A stretch of DNA of 64,000 nt from an uncultured Chloroflexia bacterium (GTDB lineage: Bacteria > Chloroflexota > Limnocylindria > Limnocylindrales > CSP1-4). The position numbers and the translations under genes are program-made. Numbering within the stretch: position 1 is the stretch's first letter; each line of letters opens with the position of its first letter. Positions 59,995 to 64,000 of the stretch are shown here, piece by piece. The notes under the pieces were generated by a model. It was given only the letters and a program-made list of their open reading frames with translations. It was not told the DNA's origin and did no database searches. The stretch covers positions 229,551 through 293,550 of the forward strand of contig CAVTHS010000002.1 in the NCBI GenBank assembly GCA_963734535.1. The letters are read 5' to 3'.

Positions 59995-61055
59995 CCTGCC
60001 TGCCTCCCGCGCTCGCTGCCCGTGAGCTCGGCGAACGGCGGATGGAGCATGCCCACGTCCGTGATGAACGCGGTGACCAGGTCGTGCGGCGTGACGTCGA
60101 AGGCGGGGTTCCAGGCGGGCACGTCCCGGGGCGCGGCGGCATGTCCCTGCCAGGTCCGCACCTCGTCGGCCGGCCGCTCCTCGATCACGATGGCGTCGCC
60201 GGACGGGATCGCGAGGTCGAACGTGGAGCTGGGCGCGGCGACGTAGAACGGGACGCGGGCGTGCCGCGCCGCGAGGGCCAGCCCGAACGTGCCGACCTTG
60301 TTCGCCGTGTCGCCGTTGGCGGCGATCCGGTCCGCGCCCACGACCACGGCGTCGACCCGGCCGGCGTGGAGGAGCGCTGCGGCCGCGCTGTCGACGATGA
60401 GCGTGACGTCGATCCCCGCGTCCATCAGCTCCCAGGCGGTCAGGCGGGCGCCCTGCAGGAGGGGCCGGGCTTCGCACGCGAAGACCTGCACCGGCTCGCC
60501 GGCGGCGGCCTTGGCGTAGACGACGCCGAGCGCCGTGCCCCAGCCGAGCGTGGCCAGCCGGCCGGCGTTGCAGTGGGTGAGGATGCGGGTCGCGGAGGCG
60601 AGCTCGGCGCGACCGTGTTCGCCGATCCGGCGACACGCCTCGCGGTCCTCGTCGAGGATGCGCAGCGCCTCGCCGAGCGCTCGTTCGCGGATGGCGGCCG
60701 GGCTCGGTTCGCGCGCCGCCGCGCCGCGCACCCGGTGGACGGCCCACGACAGGTTGACCGCGGTCGGCCGGGCGGAACCGACCCGCGTCACGAGCCGGTC
60801 CAGCGCTTCGAGGGCGTCGTCCCGGGACGCCGGCCGTGCCTCGTCCAGGCCGAGCACCATGGCCAGCGCGCCGCAGACGCCGATCGCCGGCGCGCCGCGA
60901 ACGGCGAGCCGGCGGATCGCGTCGATCGCCGCCTCGACGGTCTCGAGACGGAGGATCTCGCGGACGCCGGGGAGCCTCGTCTGGTCGATGATCTCGATCG
61001 CGTCGCCGAGCCAGGCGACGGTGCTGAAAGCCGTGCCCGGCGCGACCGGGATCAT
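59991..61055 (-). CDS. mtnA: S-methyl-5-thioribose-1-phosphate isomerase
   Basis: IDQTRLP, VRGAPAIG, RPTAVNL, LTHCNAGRLAT, GADRIAANGDTANKVGT, NPAFDVTP. Confidence 0.93.
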   Translation of the reverse strand: MIPVAPGTAFSTVAWLGDAIEIIDQTRLPGVREILRLETVEAAIDAIRRLAVRGAPAIGVCGALAMVLGLDEARPASRDDALEALDRLVTRVGSARPTAVNLSWAVHRVRGAAAREPSPAAIRERALGEALRILDEDREACRRIGEHGRAELASATRILTHCNAGRLATLGWGTALGVVYAKAAAGEPVQVFACEARPLLQGARLTAWELMDAGIDVTLIVDSAAAALLHAGRVDAVVVGADRIAANGDTANKVGTFGLALAARHARVPFYVAAPSSTFDLAIPSGDAIVIEERPADEVRTWQGHAAAPRDVPAWNPAFDVTPHDLVTAFITDVGMLHPPFAELTGSERGRQAG

Positions 61056-61180
61056 GTGCCAGCCTGGCACGTGCCGTGAACGATTCGCATCATGCGTCGA
61101 TCGTACGTCGCTTCCTGGATCGAGGTTCGGTTTCCCGCCGTGCACCGCGTCGCCACCCGCGATTGACCCTGGGGAACGAG

Positions 61181-61228
61181 ATGTAAACGTGACTTGACAT
61201 CCAGGTCGATGTCAAGCTACCTTTCCAT
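61181..61228 (+). promoter_or_regulatory. Sigma70-type promoter overlapped by two imperfect palindromic operators
   Basis: TTGACA 61194-61199 and TACCTT 61218-61223; ATGTAAA-N6-TTGACAT and ATGTCAA-N6-TTTCCAT. Confidence 0.7.
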
Positions 61229-61230
61229 CC

Positions 61231-61437
61231 ATGCAGAACGACGTGCGCCAGCTGCGAACGGGGATGGCCTTACGCCAGGAAGACCTGGCGAAGGCGATGC
61301 GGGTGTCGCGGCAGACGATCAATGCCATCGAGACGGGCCGGTACCTGCCGTCCCTGCCGCTGGCGATCGCGCTGGCGCGCTTCTTCCGCAAGCCGGTGGA
61401 GGACCTGTTCCATGGAGACGATGGCGATGGGCGCTAA
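61231..61437 (+). CDS. Cro/C1-type (XRE) HTH transcriptional regulator
   Basis: LRQEDLAKAMRVSRQTINAIETGRYLPSLPLA. Confidence 0.92.
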   Translation: MQNDVRQLRTGMALRQEDLAKAMRVSRQTINAIETGRYLPSLPLAIALARFFRKPVEDLFHGDDGDGR

Positions 61438-61804
61438 GTGGGCGATGCCGGCGTTCGGGCTGCTGATGGGGGCCGTGCTCTTCGTCGCGTCCGCCGTCGG
61501 GGGCCAGCCCGGCCCCGGGCTCGGGATGTTCGCGGTCATGGTCATCTACAGCGGAGTCCTGGTCGCATTCGGCGGTCGAAGCGAGACCGTGGGCGTGCTC
61601 CGTGGCCAGCCGGTCGACGAGCGCCTCGCGAGCTTCAGCGTCGCTGCGACAGCCATCGCGGGGCTGGCGGCGATCACGGTGGCGCTGGGTGGCTTCCTGT
61701 GGCAGATCGCGCACGGCCAGAGCGGGTCGGACTTCGCCCTGGTAGGCGCTGCCGCCGGCATCGCCTACATCGGTGCGCTCCTGTGGTTCCGCTGGCGCGG
61801 GTGA
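61421..61804 (+). CDS. Small membrane protein (DUF2178-like) coupled to the HTH gene
   Basis: About 4 TM segments with a central DER motif; overlaps the HTH gene end. Confidence 0.72.
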   Translation: MAMGAKWAMPAFGLLMGAVLFVASAVGGQPGPGLGMFAVMVIYSGVLVAFGGRSETVGVLRGQPVDERLASFSVAATAIAGLAAITVALGGFLWQIAHGQSGSDFALVGAAAGIAYIGALLWFRWRG

Positions 61805-61870
61805 CGCAGGGCTGGTCATCGTCCGACGTACCCGCGATCGCGACCAGCGCGGCGTCCGTCGAAGGCGAGA

Positions 61871-62389
61871 TCACAGGGCGAGCGTCATGTGGACGTCGTC
61901 GGGCTCGTGCTCGAGCAGCTCGGGGATCGGCGCGGCCGTCGGCGTGAAGCCCCGACTCCGATAGAAGCCGACCGCCGATTCGGACGGGGTCGCGGAGACG
62001 TACAGCTGGCGCGCGCCGCCTGACCGGGCCAGCGTTTCGATCTCGGCGACGAGGGCCGCCGCGGCCCCGAGACGCCGGTGAGCCCGGTCGACGAAGAGAG
62101 CTTCGAGCTGGTCGATCCCGGGCCAGATCGCGCGGCGCAGCGTCGCGATCCCGACAAGCCGGGTTCCCGCGAACGCCCCGAGGGCGACGCCCGACGCGGG
62201 CACGAACGCGCGCCAGCGCGCCTCGAACGCGCGCCACTCGGCGTCATCGCGAGGCGGCCGGTGCCACTCCTCGGGGCGGGCATGGATCGCCGTGCCGCGC
62301 TGCTCGAGCACGACGGACCCGTCCTCGGTGACGTCGATCTCCGCCGCACGGCCGAGCTCGTTCACGTCCAGCCCGCGGATCTCGATCAT
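61871..62389 (-). CDS. GNAT N-acetyltransferase
   Basis: LFVDRAHRRLGAA, SAVGFYRSRGF. Confidence 0.88.
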   Translation of the reverse strand: MIEIRGLDVNELGRAAEIDVTEDGSVVLEQRGTAIHARPEEWHRPPRDDAEWRAFEARWRAFVPASGVALGAFAGTRLVGIATLRRAIWPGIDQLEALFVDRAHRRLGAAAALVAEIETLARSGGARQLYVSATPSESAVGFYRSRGFTPTAAPIPELLEHEPDDVHMTLAL

Positions 62390-62475
62390 CGCGACACATT
62401 GACACGTCGCGGCGGCCCGGGGCGGCCTGCTGCGTTCAGACGTGCACCCGTGGCCCAGCCCGGCGCTCGGGGAGG

Positions 62476-63399
62476 CTATGGCTCCGACGCCGTCGGTTCA
62501 CCAGCAGTGCAGACGCGGTTCCGCCCGGCGCTCTTGGCACGGTAGAGGGCGGCGTCGGCGGCGGCAAGGAGCTCGTCCTCGGTCTGGCCCTGTGTCCATC
62601 GGCTGACCCCGAAGCTCAGCGTGATGGCGACGTCCCCGGCCTTCGTCGGGATCGGGTGATCCGCAACGGCGGCCCGCAGGCGCTCGAACACCATGCAGGC
62701 GTCGGCATCGCCAGCGTGCCGGGCGAGCACTACGAACTCGTCCCCGCCATAGCGCCCCAGGACGTCATGGCCGCGCAGGTTGGCCGTGATCCTGCGCACC
62801 ATCCCGACGAGCGCCTCGTCGCCGACCTGGTGGCCGTACGTGTCGTTGACGGCCTTGAAGGCGTCCAGGTCGCAGATCCCGAGGGCGAGCCCGTCGGGGT
62901 GCCGACGCTCCTCGGAGATGGCCCGCGTCAGGACATCGCCGAATGCCCGGCGATTGAGGGCGCCGGTCAGTGGATCGTGCGTCGCCTCGTGGGCGAGCGC
63001 GTCGCGCGCCTCGAGCAGTCGCGCCTGCAGCTCGATCATCCGCCGGCCCACGTCCACCCGCGCGCGCAGCTCGCCGGGGTCGAACGGCTTGGCCAGGTAG
63101 TCGTCGGCTCCGGCCTCCAGGCCCGCGACGACGTCGGCCTTCTCTCCCTTCGACGTCAGCAGGATGAGGTAGGGCGGCTGGTCGGACTCCAGGCTCCGAA
63201 CGCGGCTGCATACCTCCACGCCGGAGAGTCCCGGCATCATCCAGTCGAGGATCGCGAGCGCCGGTGCCTCGGGACGCCGCATGGCCTCCCAGGCTGCCGT
63301 TCCGTCCACGGTGGCAACCACCTCGTGGCCCCATTTCCTCAATACGCCCGTCAGGACGAGGCGCGACGTGAGGTCGTCGTCGGCGACCAGGATCCTCAC
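62476..63399 (-). CDS. REC-GGDEF diguanylate cyclase
   Basis: ILVADDD, LDWMMP, DPLTGALNRR, RGHD I-site, GRYGGDEF. Confidence 0.92.
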   Translation of the reverse strand: MRILVADDDLTSRLVLTGVLRKWGHEVVATVDGTAAWEAMRRPEAPALAILDWMMPGLSGVEVCSRVRSLESDQPPYLILLTSKGEKADVVAGLEAGADDYLAKPFDPGELRARVDVGRRMIELQARLLEARDALAHEATHDPLTGALNRRAFGDVLTRAISEERRHPDGLALGICDLDAFKAVNDTYGHQVGDEALVGMVRRITANLRGHDVLGRYGGDEFVVLARHAGDADACMVFERLRAAVADHPIPTKAGDVAITLSFGVSRWTQGQTEDELLAAADAALYRAKSAGRNRVCTAGEPTASEP

Positions 63400-63403
63400 C
63401 GTG

Positions 63404-64000
63404 TCAGCCCGGCTCGTCCGGTCGTGGGCCCAGGTCGGCCGAGAAGATCGCCATCGCCTCGCGAAGCCGGCTGAGCTCGGACTCGAGCTCGTGGAGACGG
63501 GCACTGGCGGCAGCCAGGTCGCCCGCCGACCCCGCCTTCTCCATCTCCCAGGCCACCGCTCGCAGGGCTTCGCCGCCGACCGTGGCCGACGCGCCCCGGA
63601 TGGTGTGGGCCCCGCGGATCGCGGCCGTGGCGTCGCCCGCGTCGAGGGAGCTCCTGAGGGCCTCGATGAGCCGCGGAGCGTCCTCCAGGAAGCCGTCCAC
63701 GACGATGCGTGCCAGCGCCCGGTCGCCCATGAGGCGGTCCATCATGCCCGATGCGTCGAAGACCGGAACCTGGGACTCGGATCGCGTCGCGGGCGAAGCC
63801 AGGCTGGGCGCCGCGGCAGCGCGACCATCCGCCGCATCTGCCGCGTGCGCGTGCACCGTCGGAGTGGCCTCCTCCAGCGGCAGCCACCGATCCAACGCCG
63901 TGGCCAGCGCCTCCGGTGAGATCGGCTTCGTGACGTAGTCGTCCATCCCGGCTTCCAGGCATCGATCCCGGTCGCCCTGCATGGCGTGGGCGGTCATCGC
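63404..64000 (-). CDS. C-terminal REC plus HPt part of a hybrid histidine kinase (truncated by the window edge)
   Basis: [25 protein letters not shown]; HPt AHTIRGAS. Confidence 0.85.
   Translation of the reverse strand, partial: AMTAHAMQGDRDRCLEAGMDDYVTKPISPEALATALDRWLPLEEATPTVHAHAADAADGRAAAAPSLASPATRSESQVPVFDASGMMDRLMGDRALARIVVDGFLEDAPRLIEALRSSLDAGDATAAIRGAHTIRGASATVGGEALRAVAWEMEKAGSAGDLAAASARLHELESELSRLREAMAIFSADLGPRPDEPG

Noticed and set aside
61056-61180. SAM riboswitch upstream of mtnA
   Set aside because: No recognisable SAM riboswitch consensus by eye; an Rfam scan would be needed

Overview
GC-rich bacterial chromosomal window with about 55 CDSs and no rRNA, tRNA, canonical CRISPR array or recognisable transposase. 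Gene content (alpha2-type GlyRS, F420-dependent PPOX/LLM enzymes, PAC2 protein, many apparently leaderless genes) tentatively suggests a Chloroflexota or Actinomycetota-like genome. Main contents: a 2241-aa secreted multicopper oxidase with Ig-like repeats; polyprenyl synthase, recO and glyQS; an XRE-HTH/PD-(D/E)xK nuclease fusion bracketed by two mutually inverted ~50-bp tandem repeat arrays (best candidate for an undescribed system); an energy cluster (receiver protein, echABCDEF, ferredoxin, nfnAB, hypAB, FNR, ppdK); cell-surface hydrolases; transporters; c-di-GMP and two-component signalling genes; and mtnA plus a class II aldolase. About ten conserved genes carry single-base frameshifts, often in short homopolymers, most likely assembly indel errors. 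All calls come from motif reading and recall of protein families; no database search was run.
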